Source: Anaerolineae bacterium (GTDB lineage: Bacteria > Chloroflexota > Anaerolineae > B4-G1 > DUEL01). From it: DNA of 38,157 bases. The stretch lies in NCBI GenBank assembly GCA_041082215.1, contig JBDOIF010000094.1, positions 1 through 38,157 of the forward strand. Direction: 5' to 3'. Every line of letters starts with the position of its first letter. The stretch's first letter is position 1. Shown here in pieces: positions 31,015-38,157 of the stretch. The notes under the pieces were generated by a model. That model was not told the DNA's origin, did not search any database, and saw only the letters and a list, made by a program, of their open reading frames with translations. The position numbers were made by a program, and so were the translations under genes.

Positions 31015-31611
31015 CGCCGGCAGAATAAAACAGGGGGCCGGGGAGGGCCGTACCATCAGGGAGAAATTCTCGCTCCCCTCCGTGGACGATTTGGAAGAAG
31101 AAGACTCCGCCTCCGGCCCGCGGTCTTTCTCTGATCGAAGGAGGGAGCATCGAGCGGGGTGACATCCCTCCCAGCTCACCCGCTCGACCTGGATTTCTGT
31201 TCTGCTGGCCCGGAAGCGCTCGGTTGCAATCTCCACCCACCATTCGTCTTGTCGGTCGTATATGAGCAGGACCCGCAGCGGTAACACCGAGGGCCAACTG
31301 GCCATCATGTTCTCCAGAAGCCGCGTGACGAGCAGAGGTTCTGCCCGGATGCTCCTCCAGTCTTTCGGCGGACGCTCGTAAATCAACCCCAGTTCCTGCT
31401 GGATCTCTGGCCGGTCCAGAAGCTCCTGCACTTCTCCCCGTCGCAGGTCGAACACCCAATCCGCCAGAAGGGTGTAAGCCGTCTCCACCACACAGTATTC
31501 GAAGAGAGGACAGGGTTCTTCTGGCGACCGAAGAAGGTAGAACACAAAAAACCGTCCCCCTTTTGGAACGGTACGGAATCTGGAAGACAACTTTTCACGC
31601 TGGGTACTCAA
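30994..31611 (-). CDS. Hypothetical protein (205 aa)
   Basis: AAGGAGAGG SD before TTG; protein-like composition over the first ~150 aa; no family recognised; 21-nt convergent overlap with rpoD. Confidence 0.6.
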   Translation of the reverse strand: MSTQREKLSSRFRTVPKGGRFFVFYLLRSPEEPCPLFEYCVVETAYTLLADWVFDLRRGEVQELLDRPEIQQELGLIYERPPKDWRSIRAEPLLVTRLLENMMASWPSVLPLRVLLIYDRQDEWWVEIATERFRASRTEIQVERVSWEGCHPARCSLLRSEKDRGPEAESSSSKSSTEGSENFSLMVRPSPAPCFILPASPQKIT

Positions 31612-31670
31612 CGTCCTCTCCTTTTCATCCAGTCACTCTGTTGTCCCTCCTGTTTTCCGTTGAGGCTACT

Positions 31671-31695
31671 GTAGACAGGCTTCAGCTTGTCCTGC
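31671..31695. repeat. GTAG REP-like palindrome
   Basis: gtagacaggct-tc-agcttgtcctgc, a near-copy of 23011-36. Confidence 0.75.
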
Positions 31696-31775
31696 AGAGG
31701 GGCGGGGGAGGTGGGGAGCGCTCAGGGCATCGGTGTCGGCTGTGACGAAGGGCGCTCCCCACCTCCGCGGCGGCA

Positions 31776-31883
31776 CAGCGTGCCGGCAGCAGATTCACCT
31801 CTGGCGTAAGCTACGTTGGGATCTTGCGTTGAGATCAGCGGTGACGGGCCGACCGCTGGGGTCAATCTGCTGCCCGCACGCTG
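31776..31883. other. 108-nt structured element with 20-bp terminal inverted repeats and three internal hairpins (ncRNA or MITE-like)
   Basis: cagcgtgccggcagcagatt / aatctgctgcccgcacgctg, 19 of 20 positions complementary. Confidence 0.6.
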
Positions 31884-31915
31884 CCTGAGGAAGCGGGCCG
31901 CTTCCCAGCCTGGGC

Positions 31916-32179
31916 TTAAAAAGAGGGACTTCGGGCGAACGGCTCCTGGATAAGAGGGCGGCACATTCCCGGTGTTTTCCCTCCTCCGAGCCGCCGTTCC
32001 AGCTCCGCAGCAAACCCCTCAAGGGAGGAGGCCCGGATAGAAAGGACCACCTCCTGCTCCTCTGTCGCCAGATCGAATTGGGCCAGCAGCCGCTTCCGCC
32101 CCCCGTTCAGAAAGCCCTGACGGAACCGCTGGTCCACGATGGCCATGCCGACCAGCTTCTGCAGCGCATGTTGCGACAT
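31916..32179 (-). CDS. Small protein resembling the NHLP leader-peptide clan (Os1348/Franean1_4349-like)
   Basis: MSQHALQKLVGMAIVDQRFRQGFL...LAQFDLATEEQ fits the 'xxGRAxxDxxFRxxLL...xDLTxEE' pattern; AAGGGGG SD. Confidence 0.65.
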   Translation of the reverse strand: MSQHALQKLVGMAIVDQRFRQGFLNGGRKRLLAQFDLATEEQEVVLSIRASSLEGFAAELERRLGGGKTPGMCRPLIQEPFARSPSF

Positions 32180-32390
32180 TCTTTACCCCCTTTTCAGAAC
32201 TGCCTCCTCCGCCGGGCGATCGTCTGTCCTTCTGACAGGCCGCGAAAAAGGCGGATAGGCCACAGCCCCGGTCGGCATACGTGGCTACCTGACCATCAGG
32301 CCCGCACCCTCGCGGTGCGATGCCAGACCAGAGGAGCCAATAGCCTCCTGCGTGATCCGTATTGAGATGATACCGTGCTGAGGCGGCCCG

Positions 32391-32564
32391 TTAGCAGTTG
32401 GACGTCCCGCCGCTCTCCGGTGCGAGCAGGCCGCCGGGGTATGCGGGCAGGACCGCCCCGAGCAGCGCCAGCGCGGCCAGCGCCACACCGATGAGCGCCA
32501 CCGCCAGGTAGATCACCCGCGGATCGGACAACCCGTACAGCCCGACCAGCAACCGTTCCTTCAT
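32391..32564 (-). CDS. 57-aa hydrophobic peptide with a polar Gly/Ser/Cys tail (below the ORF-track cutoff)
   Basis: GGAGGGAG SD, ATG 32564, TAA 32391; MKERLLVGLYGLSDPRVIYLAVALIGVALAALALLGAVLPAYPGGLLAPESGGTSNC; GC3-rich codons. Confidence 0.75.
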   Translation of the reverse strand: MKERLLVGLYGLSDPRVIYLAVALIGVALAALALLGAVLPAYPGGLLAPESGGTSNC

Positions 32565-32611
32565 CTTTCTCCCTCCGTCCTGCGCGATATGTCCCTCTTA
32601 CTGGAAGCCGT

Positions 32612-32664
32612 ATATACTATACCACCAGCCTATACACGAAACTATACACAGAGGCCAGGCTATA
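32612..32664 (-). promoter_or_regulatory. Extended -10 (TGGTATAGT) preceded by GTGTATAG direct repeats
   Basis: ctata at 32617, 32630, 32642 and 32660; the minus strand reads gtgtatag-tttc-gtgtatag. Confidence 0.55.
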
Positions 32665-32787
32665 TCTATCGTCTGAGACGGAAAACCGCAGAGGCACGGA
32701 GGACGCAGGGGCGTAGCGGCTCAGTCGGACCTTTGCTGAGCCGTGTGGAAGGAACAGAGGGCACTGAGGGAAGCTTTTTCCTCTGGC

Positions 32788-33531
32788 TTATTCCCACCGG
32801 AACGTCCGCGCTGCGACGGCACCCCCCACCAGCAGGCAACCCACCAGCACTGCCACCTCTGTCCAGTGCTGGTTCCACGCTTCGCCAAACCACAACCCTT
32901 TCATCAGCGTCACCACGTGGGTCAGCGGGATGTAGCGACTGATGGCCTGCACCCTGGCGGGCAATACCTCCAGAGGGATAGATGCCCCGGAGATAAACAT
33001 CATGGGAAATGCCAGCACCATCCCGACGGTCTGAGCTATGCGAGCTGTGGGGGAAAGCCCGGCAATGAGATACCCCAGGGCGAAGAACGAAGTCGTCCCC
33101 AGGAGGAAGCCCGCCAGTACGCTCAGGATGTTTCCCTCAAACCGGATGTTGAAGACCAGTTTGCCGGTCAGAATGAGCAGCAGGACGCCCAGCATCGTCA
33201 TCAGGAGGTAGCTGACGATGTCGCTGACGACGTAGGCCAGGGGGTGGAGGGGGGTGGCCCGGAAGCGCCGCAGGACTCCGCTCTCGCGCGCCGCCGCCGT
33301 GCCAATGGGCAGGCCGATGAACCCAACCGTGACGATGATCAGCCCGATGTAGGAGGGCACCGTTATATCCATCGTCCCCCGTCCGCCGAAGAGGGGGGTG
33401 GGCTCATTGCCGTAGATGGCGCCGAAGAGCAGGAGCACCATCGGCGCATAGAAGATAGTGAAGAAGGTGGCAATGGGCTCCCGCAGGTAGAGTTTCATCT
33501 GAACCAGGATTAACTTTGCCAGTCCTCGCAT
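32788..33531 (-). CDS. ABC-2 type exporter permease
   Basis: Six TM segments, RESGVLRRFRATP, FISGASIP, IPLTH. Confidence 0.92.
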   Translation of the reverse strand: MRGLAKLILVQMKLYLREPIATFFTIFYAPMVLLLFGAIYGNEPTPLFGGRGTMDITVPSYIGLIIVTVGFIGLPIGTAAARESGVLRRFRATPLHPLAYVVSDIVSYLLMTMLGVLLLILTGKLVFNIRFEGNILSVLAGFLLGTTSFFALGYLIAGLSPTARIAQTVGMVLAFPMMFISGASIPLEVLPARVQAISRYIPLTHVVTLMKGLWFGEAWNQHWTEVAVLVGCLLVGGAVAARTFRWE

Positions 33532-33540
33532 CGTTGTCTC

Positions 33541-34455
33541 CTACTCCCGCATTTCCCTTCCCGTCAGGGCCAGGAAGACGTCCTCCAGCGATGGCTGCTC
33601 CGTGCGCAGGTCGCGGAAGCGGAGCCCTATCTTCTCCAGCGCACCGACGACCGCACTGACCAGCCCCTCTCCCCTCCCGTAGACGACCACCCGCTCCCCG
33701 ATATGCTCTACCCGGGTCACACCGGGTATCTGCCGGAGCAGCGCGTCGTCCCATCGTCCTTCGGCGGTGAAGACCACCCGGTGTTCCGCTCCCAGGGAGC
33801 GGATCAGGTTCTCCGGCGTGTCCAGGGCGACAATTTTCCCCTGGTCTATGATGGCGACCCGGTCGCAGAGCCGCTCCGCTTCTTCCATATAGTGGGTGGT
33901 CAGGAAGACCGTCTTGCCCCGCTCCCGGATGCCCCGGACCAGGTCCCACGTCGCCCGGCGGGCCTGGGGGTCCAGGCCGGTGGTCAACTCGTCCAGGAAG
34001 ACCAGTTCCGGGTCGTTGACCAGCGCCAGGGCGATAAAGAGGCGCTGTTTCTGCCCGCCGGAGAGTTTGTCAAAGGGGGCTTTCCGCTTCTCCGCCAGCC
34101 CCAGTTGCTCCAGCAGCGAGTTCCCATCCACCCGACGGGGGTAAAAGGAGCCGAAAAGGTCCAGCGCCTCCCAGACTTTGAGCCGGGGATGGAGCGCGGC
34201 CTGTTGTAACTGGACACCGATGCGGCAACGGAGTTCGTAGCCGTCCCGCTGGGGATTCAGTCCCAGCACCCGCACCGTCCCCCGGTCGGGGCGGCGCAGC
34301 CCCTCCACGCACTCGATGGTGGTGGTCTTCCCGGCGCCGTTGGGGCCGACCATGCCGAAAATCTCCCCCTCCTCCACGGTAAAGGAGACCCCGTCCACGG
34401 CCCGGACCGGCCCGTAGGATTTGTAAAGGTCGCTGACTTCTACCGCGATGCCCAT
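33541..34455 (-). CDS. ABC-2 exporter ATP-binding protein (DrrA-like)
   Basis: GPNGAGKTT, LSGGQKQRL, FLDELTTGLD, TTHYMEEA, SLEDVFL. Confidence 0.95.
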   Translation of the reverse strand: MGIAVEVSDLYKSYGPVRAVDGVSFTVEEGEIFGMVGPNGAGKTTTIECVEGLRRPDRGTVRVLGLNPQRDGYELRCRIGVQLQQAALHPRLKVWEALDLFGSFYPRRVDGNSLLEQLGLAEKRKAPFDKLSGGQKQRLFIALALVNDPELVFLDELTTGLDPQARRATWDLVRGIRERGKTVFLTTHYMEEAERLCDRVAIIDQGKIVALDTPENLIRSLGAEHRVVFTAEGRWDDALLRQIPGVTRVEHIGERVVVYGRGEGLVSAVVGALEKIGLRFRDLRTEQPSLEDVFLALTGREMRE

Positions 34456-34459
34456 CGGT

Positions 34460-34630
34460 TCACTCCTGGAAAGCCGTCACCGCGAGGGCCAGCAGGCCAA
34501 TCCCCAGCAGCAGGATCATCGTCCTCTCGTCGGCTGCGCTCAGGATGTGGAGGACGATCACCGCCACGCCCATCGCCAGGGCGAGGGCTCTGAGGACCAG
34601 GGAAACCGTTTTGCCGACCTTACCGCTCAT
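34460..34630 (-). CDS. 56-aa two-TM membrane protein (below the ORF-track cutoff)
   Basis: GGAGG SD; MSGKVGKTVSLVLRALALAMGVAVIVLHILSAADERTMILLLGIGLLALAVTAFQE; fills the operon gap closely. Confidence 0.8.
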   Translation of the reverse strand: MSGKVGKTVSLVLRALALAMGVAVIVLHILSAADERTMILLLGIGLLALAVTAFQE

Positions 34631-34641
34631 TTCTGCCTCCT

Positions 34642-34941
34642 TTATCTGGGATTCAGGATGTTCTCCAAAGCGTCCACGTAAGCCGCGAACGCGGCCCGCC
34701 CTTTCGCTGTAGCCCAGACCCAGGTCTTGGGGCGACGCCCGACGAAGGTCTTTTCTATCCGCACGTAACCTGCCTCCTCCAGCCGCATGAGGTGCACGCT
34801 CAGGTTGCCGTCGGTCAGGCCCAGGAGGTCGCGCAGGAAGCCGAAGTCGGCCTTATCGCCCTCATCCAGGCCGACCAGCGCGGCCATAATACGCAGCCGG
34901 GTCGGTTGATGGATGACGGGGTCCAGGTCCGCCATACTCAT
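34642..34941 (-). CDS. Winged-helix transcriptional regulator (HTH_34/ArsR-MarR-like)
   Basis: LDPVIHQPTRLRIMAAL, LTDGNLSVHL..LEEAGYV, RPKT; ATGA overlap with the upstream gene. Confidence 0.9.
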   Translation of the reverse strand: MSMADLDPVIHQPTRLRIMAALVGLDEGDKADFGFLRDLLGLTDGNLSVHLMRLEEAGYVRIEKTFVGRRPKTWVWATAKGRAAFAAYVDALENILNPR

Positions 34942-35513
34942 TCTCCCCGGCGGAGGAACCCGATGCCGCCGCCGATGAGGGCACCGCCGCCCAACAGGGC
35001 CACCCCCAGGCTGAAGTATTCCGGCAGCCACGTCGCCAGGGCCACCGCCAGAACGCCGATAAAGAGGCCGATGGCGCTGATGGCCCAGTGGGTGAAGAGG
35101 CCGAACTGGATGTAGCCCAGGGCGATGGTGAGAACCATCAGGAGAGCGAAGTTGGGCCAGTCGGTATAGAGCCGCAGCTTCCAGATCAACACCGCGTCAA
35201 AGGCCGCCAGGGCCAGCCACCAGAGGAGAATGAGGAGCCAGATGGTGGACGAGATTTTTCGGGTCCGTTGCCCCATCCGGACGCCCAGGTAGATGCTGCC
35301 CAGAATCCCCACGGTATCCAGAAACGCCCAGAGCCAGTTGATGGGAGGATAGTGCTCCAGATGGACGAGGATGTGGGTGCCGGTAAATCCGACCAGCCAG
35401 ATGACTCCCCAGAGCACCATGAACCAGCCGCCGGTCCTGTCCGAGGCCCGGCGGGCCCGTTCCATTATCAGCCGGATGGCTCTCAGGTCGTCCAGCGCGT
35501 CCTGTGGTTGCAT
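34938..35513 (-). CDS. Multi-pass membrane protein
   Basis: Short N-terminal helix (ALDDLRAIRLIMERAR) plus about six TM segments. Confidence 0.8.
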   Translation of the reverse strand: MQPQDALDDLRAIRLIMERARRASDRTGGWFMVLWGVIWLVGFTGTHILVHLEHYPPINWLWAFLDTVGILGSIYLGVRMGQRTRKISSTIWLLILLWWLALAAFDAVLIWKLRLYTDWPNFALLMVLTIALGYIQFGLFTHWAISAIGLFIGVLAVALATWLPEYFSLGVALLGGGALIGGGIGFLRRGE

Positions 35514-35531
35514 ATTTCCCCCTATTTAAAG

Positions 35532-35578
35532 CTCTTTGTATTGTAAAGTATTCTACCATAAAGAACAAATTTCGTCAA
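35532..35578 (-). promoter_or_regulatory. Promoter TTGACG-N17-TAGAAT with a CTTT-N7-AAAG operator-like palindrome
   Basis: cgtcaa at 35573-78, attcta at 35550-55, ctttgtattgtaaag at 35534-48. Confidence 0.65.
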
Positions 35579-35651
35579 GGAATCCCCCCCGAAGGCCCGG
35601 AACAGGCGTATTTCGATTTCGGGGCGAGTGATCCTCCCGCTCGCCGGTGGA

Positions 35652-35740
35652 TCGCGAATCCCACGAATGGCCCGAATACAGCAAACAGGAGGGATACCTG
35701 TTCCATTCGTGGTATTCGTTTCCATTCGCGCCATTCGTGT
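35652..35740. repeat. Inverted pair of 9-10-mer CGAAT/ATTCG arrays
   Basis: gcgaatc ccacgaatgg cccgaatac ... ccattcgtg gtattcgtt tccattcgcg ccattcgtg. Confidence 0.7.
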
Positions 35741-35880
35741 TTCCCCAGGTCCGGCCCGGGCCAGGGACATCTCGCCCCCAAACTGAAATACATCTGCCCG
35801 GAACAGCATGATTGACTTCCACGCAGAGTTGGTCTATATTGTTCAGTAACGGCGGTGTGTGGCGGAGGGAGGGTTTTCGA

Positions 35881-38157
35881 ATGCCCGTTCTCTTCTGGCT
35901 GGACGTTGCCGCTTATGCGATCTCCATGCAGGTTGCCCTGGTGATGGCCCTGGTCGTGCTGGGTGCAGGGGCATCCCGTCCGGTCAACCGGTTCTTTGCC
36001 CTCTTCGCCCTGACGGAAGCAGGGTGGGCTGTGCTGGCGCTCCTCCTGCGAATGTCGCTCTGGCTGGGAGTGGGGAATCCCCAGCTTCTGCTGGAACTGG
36101 CCACCCTCTGCTTTTCGTTGATGGCCCCGTTCCTCCTCCTTTTCACCGTCCGTTACCTGGGCCTCCCCACCCGCTGGGGCGACCGGTTTGCCCTCCTGGA
36201 GATGGCCGTCCTGGCTTTCCTTACCCTTCCTATCCTCCGCCACCAGATCGTTTATGGGCCTTACCTCAGTCCTGTGGGCACGACCAGCCACCGTTTCACT
36301 GCCCTGGGGGGAGGGATGGCTGCCCTCCTCCTTCTGTGTCTTCTTGGCCCCCTTTGCCTGTTCTGGCGGGAGCGCCGACGGACCCGTGAGACGTACCTGG
36401 TCGGGAGCCTCTTCAGCCTGGTGTTCGGGCTTGTCGTGGGCGGGCTGCTCAACCCCCCTGTCCCGGTGATGTCCTTCACGACCACGCTCAGTGTGGCCGT
36501 CCTCGGCTATGCGATCACCAGCCGCCAGATCCTCAACCCGCTGCGCGACCTGACCAGGTCGCTGGAGCAGGAGGTGGAAAAGCGGACCCAGGAACTGGCG
36601 AGGCGGACCGCCCAGTTGGAGGCGCTGCGGGAGGTGGGGCTGGAGCTGGCGGCTGAACTGGAGCTGGACACCCTTCTTCGCACGATTGTCTCCCGGGCGG
36701 CGGAGCTGCTGGCGGCCGATGTGGCCGGCATCTACCTCCACAGGCCAGATGCAGATGTGCTGGAATGGAGGTTCTCCTCCGGCGACTACGGCCCCCCTGT
36801 AGGGAGCGTCCTCCGTCGAGGGGAGGGGCTATCGGGTCGGGTCTGGGAGCGGGGCGAGCCGCTTATCGTGAACGATTACCGCCACTGGAAAGGGCGGGCG
36901 ACCGCGTATGATGGCCTAGATATCGGGGCAGCCATGGGGGTGCCCATCCGTTGGGGAGAGACCTTTTTCGGTGTGCTGACGCTTGGAACACAGGCCGGCT
37001 CGCCCCGTTCCTTCTCCCAGGCCGATGCCGAGCTCCTGAGCCTCTTCTCCGTCCAGGCGGCCGCAGCCCTTGAGAGTGCCCGGCTGTACGAGGCGCTGCA
37101 GCAGCGGGCTATGGAGCTGGAGGCACGGGTCGCCGAGCGCACAAAAGACCTGGAACGCCGAAGGACGCAGCTTCAGGTAGCGGCCAGGGTTGCCCGCGAT
37201 GCCACGACCGCCGAGAGCCTGGAGGAGTTGCTGGAACGAGCCGTTTATCTGATCCGGGACCGGTTCGGCTTTTATCACGCCGGTATTTTCCTGCTGGACG
37301 AAAAGGGGGAATATGCCGTCCTTCGGGCCGCCACCGGCGAGGCGGGCCGCAAGATGATGGAGCAGGGGCATAAGCTCAGGGTGGGGAAGGTCGGCATCGT
37401 GGGCCATGTCGCTGCCTTCGGAGAGCCCCGCATCGCCCTTGACGTGGGAGCCGACGCCGTCCACTTCAAGAATCCCCTGCTGCCCTACACCCGCTCCGAG
37501 ATGGCTCTGCCCCTTAAGGTGGGGGATCGGATCCTCGGCGCCCTGGACGTCCAGAGCACCCAGGAGGCGGCCTTCGACGAGGGGGATGTCGCTACCCTGC
37601 AGACGATGGCCGATCTGCTGGCGGTGGCGATCGAGCGATTGCGACGGGTCGCTGAGATTCAGGCCGAGCACGCCCGGCTGGAGGCGATCCTCCGCAGCAC
37701 GATGGACGGAATCATCGTTGTCAACAGGACGGGAGAGGTCCTCCACGCCAATCCAGTAGTCCAGCGCTGGCTTACCCAGGCGCTCACCCTTGAGGAGGCG
37801 GAGGAGCTCTGGAAAGCGGTGCGGGAGCTGGCGCTGCGGGCCGAGGAGCGGCCCCGGCAGGTTCTGGAGCTGAAGGGGCTGGACCTGGAGATGAGCGCCG
37901 CGCCAGTGGTGGAGGAAGGGGTGGAAACCCACGTGGTCGTGGTCTCTGCCCACGACGTGACCCACCTGAAGGCGCTGGATCGGATGAAGTCCCGTTTTAT
38001 CACCAACATTTCCCACGAGCTGCGGACGCCGGCGACCACCATCAAGCTGTACGCCTATCTGATGCAGCAGCAGCCGGAACGGTGGCGGGAGTATCTGGAG
38101 CCGCTGGCCCAGGAGGCGGAGCGGCAGGCGTCGCTGGTGGAGGACATCCTCCAGATT
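35881..38157 (+). CDS. Sensor histidine kinase (multi-TM N-terminus, two GAF, PAS, HisKA), truncated by the window end; absent from the ORF track
   Basis: GGAGGAGG SD before ATG 35881 (MPVLFWLDVAAY...); GAF motifs GEGLSGRVW and GIVGHVA...TRSEMALPL; H-box ITNISHELRTP; no stop codon seen before the edge. Confidence 0.9.
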   Translation, partial: MPVLFWLDVAAYAISMQVALVMALVVLGAGASRPVNRFFALFALTEAGWAVLALLLRMSLWLGVGNPQLLLELATLCFSLMAPFLLLFTVRYLGLPTRWGDRFALLEMAVLAFLTLPILRHQIVYGPYLSPVGTTSHRFTALGGGMAALLLLCLLGPLCLFWRERRRTRETYLVGSLFSLVFGLVVGGLLNPPVPVMSFTTTLSVAVLGYAITSRQILNPLRDLTRSLEQEVEKRTQELARRTAQLEALREVGLELAAELELDTLLRTIVSRAAELLAADVAGIYLHRPDADVLEWRFSSGDYGPPVGSVLRRGEGLSGRVWERGEPLIVNDYRHWKGRATAYDGLDIGAAMGVPIRWGETFFGVLTLGTQAGSPRSFSQADAELLSLFSVQAAAALESARLYEALQQRAMELEARVAERTKDLERRRTQLQVAARVARDATTAESLEELLERAVYLIRDRFGFYHAGIFLLDEKGEYAVLRAATGEAGRKMMEQGHKLRVGKVGIVGHVAAFGEPRIALDVGADAVHFKNPLLPYTRSEMALPLKVGDRILGALDVQSTQEAAFDEGDVATLQTMADLLAVAIERLRRVAEIQAEHARLEAILRSTMDGIIVVNRTGEVLHANPVVQRWLTQALTLEEAEELWKAVRELALRAEERPRQVLELKGLDLEMSAAPVVEEGVETHVVVVSAHDVTHLKALDRMKSRFITNISHELRTPATTIKLYAYLMQQQPERWREYLEPLAQEAERQASLVEDILQI

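Noticed and set aside
31776..31883. tRNA or tRNA-Sec
   Set aside because: No TTCRA T-loop, no 7-nt anticodon loop with TCA, no CCA end, and the closing stem is far too long.
31722..32022. ORFs 31722..31964 and 31795..32022
   Set aside because: They overlap the 87-aa gene and the inverted-repeat element, and have no SD or protein-like features.

Overview
High-GC bacterial chromosomal window. It most likely comes from a Chloroflexota (Anaerolineae-like) organism; this is an inference from gene content and from lineage-like inserts in DnaG and RpoD. Left to right it contains: miaB; a metallophosphoesterase; a YgeY-family M20 hydrolase; a priming sugar transferase and a GT4; a BaeS/BaeR-like two-component pair; a MacAB-like ABC exporter; an RHH antitoxin/VapC toxin module; an orphan HAMP-PAS histidine kinase coupled to a Pro/Thr-stalked IPT/TIG surface protein; a PerR-led oxidative-stress operon (a selenocysteine peroxiredoxin with an in-frame UGA and SECIS-like hairpin that the ORF track splits in two, a DPS-like ferritin, superoxide reductase, rubrerythrin); PLD, PDZ and polysaccharide deacetylase genes; an upper mevalonate operon joining class II HMG-CoA reductase to the archaeal-type HMG-CoA synthase/thiolase/DUF35 trio; dnaG-rpoD; an unexplained minus-strand locus (a 57-aa peptide ORF missed by the track, a structured leader, an NHLP-clan-like 87-aa protein, a 108-nt multi-hairpin element, an unknown 205-aa protein); an ABC-2 exporter operon; and a truncated multi-TM/GAF/PAS histidine kinase. 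Intergenic regions carry at least three dispersed repeat families (GTAG REP-like palindromes, CCTCACCC...GGGTGAGG elements, and 7-mer and 8-9-mer tandem arrays). No rRNA, tRNA, CRISPR array or transposase was recognised.
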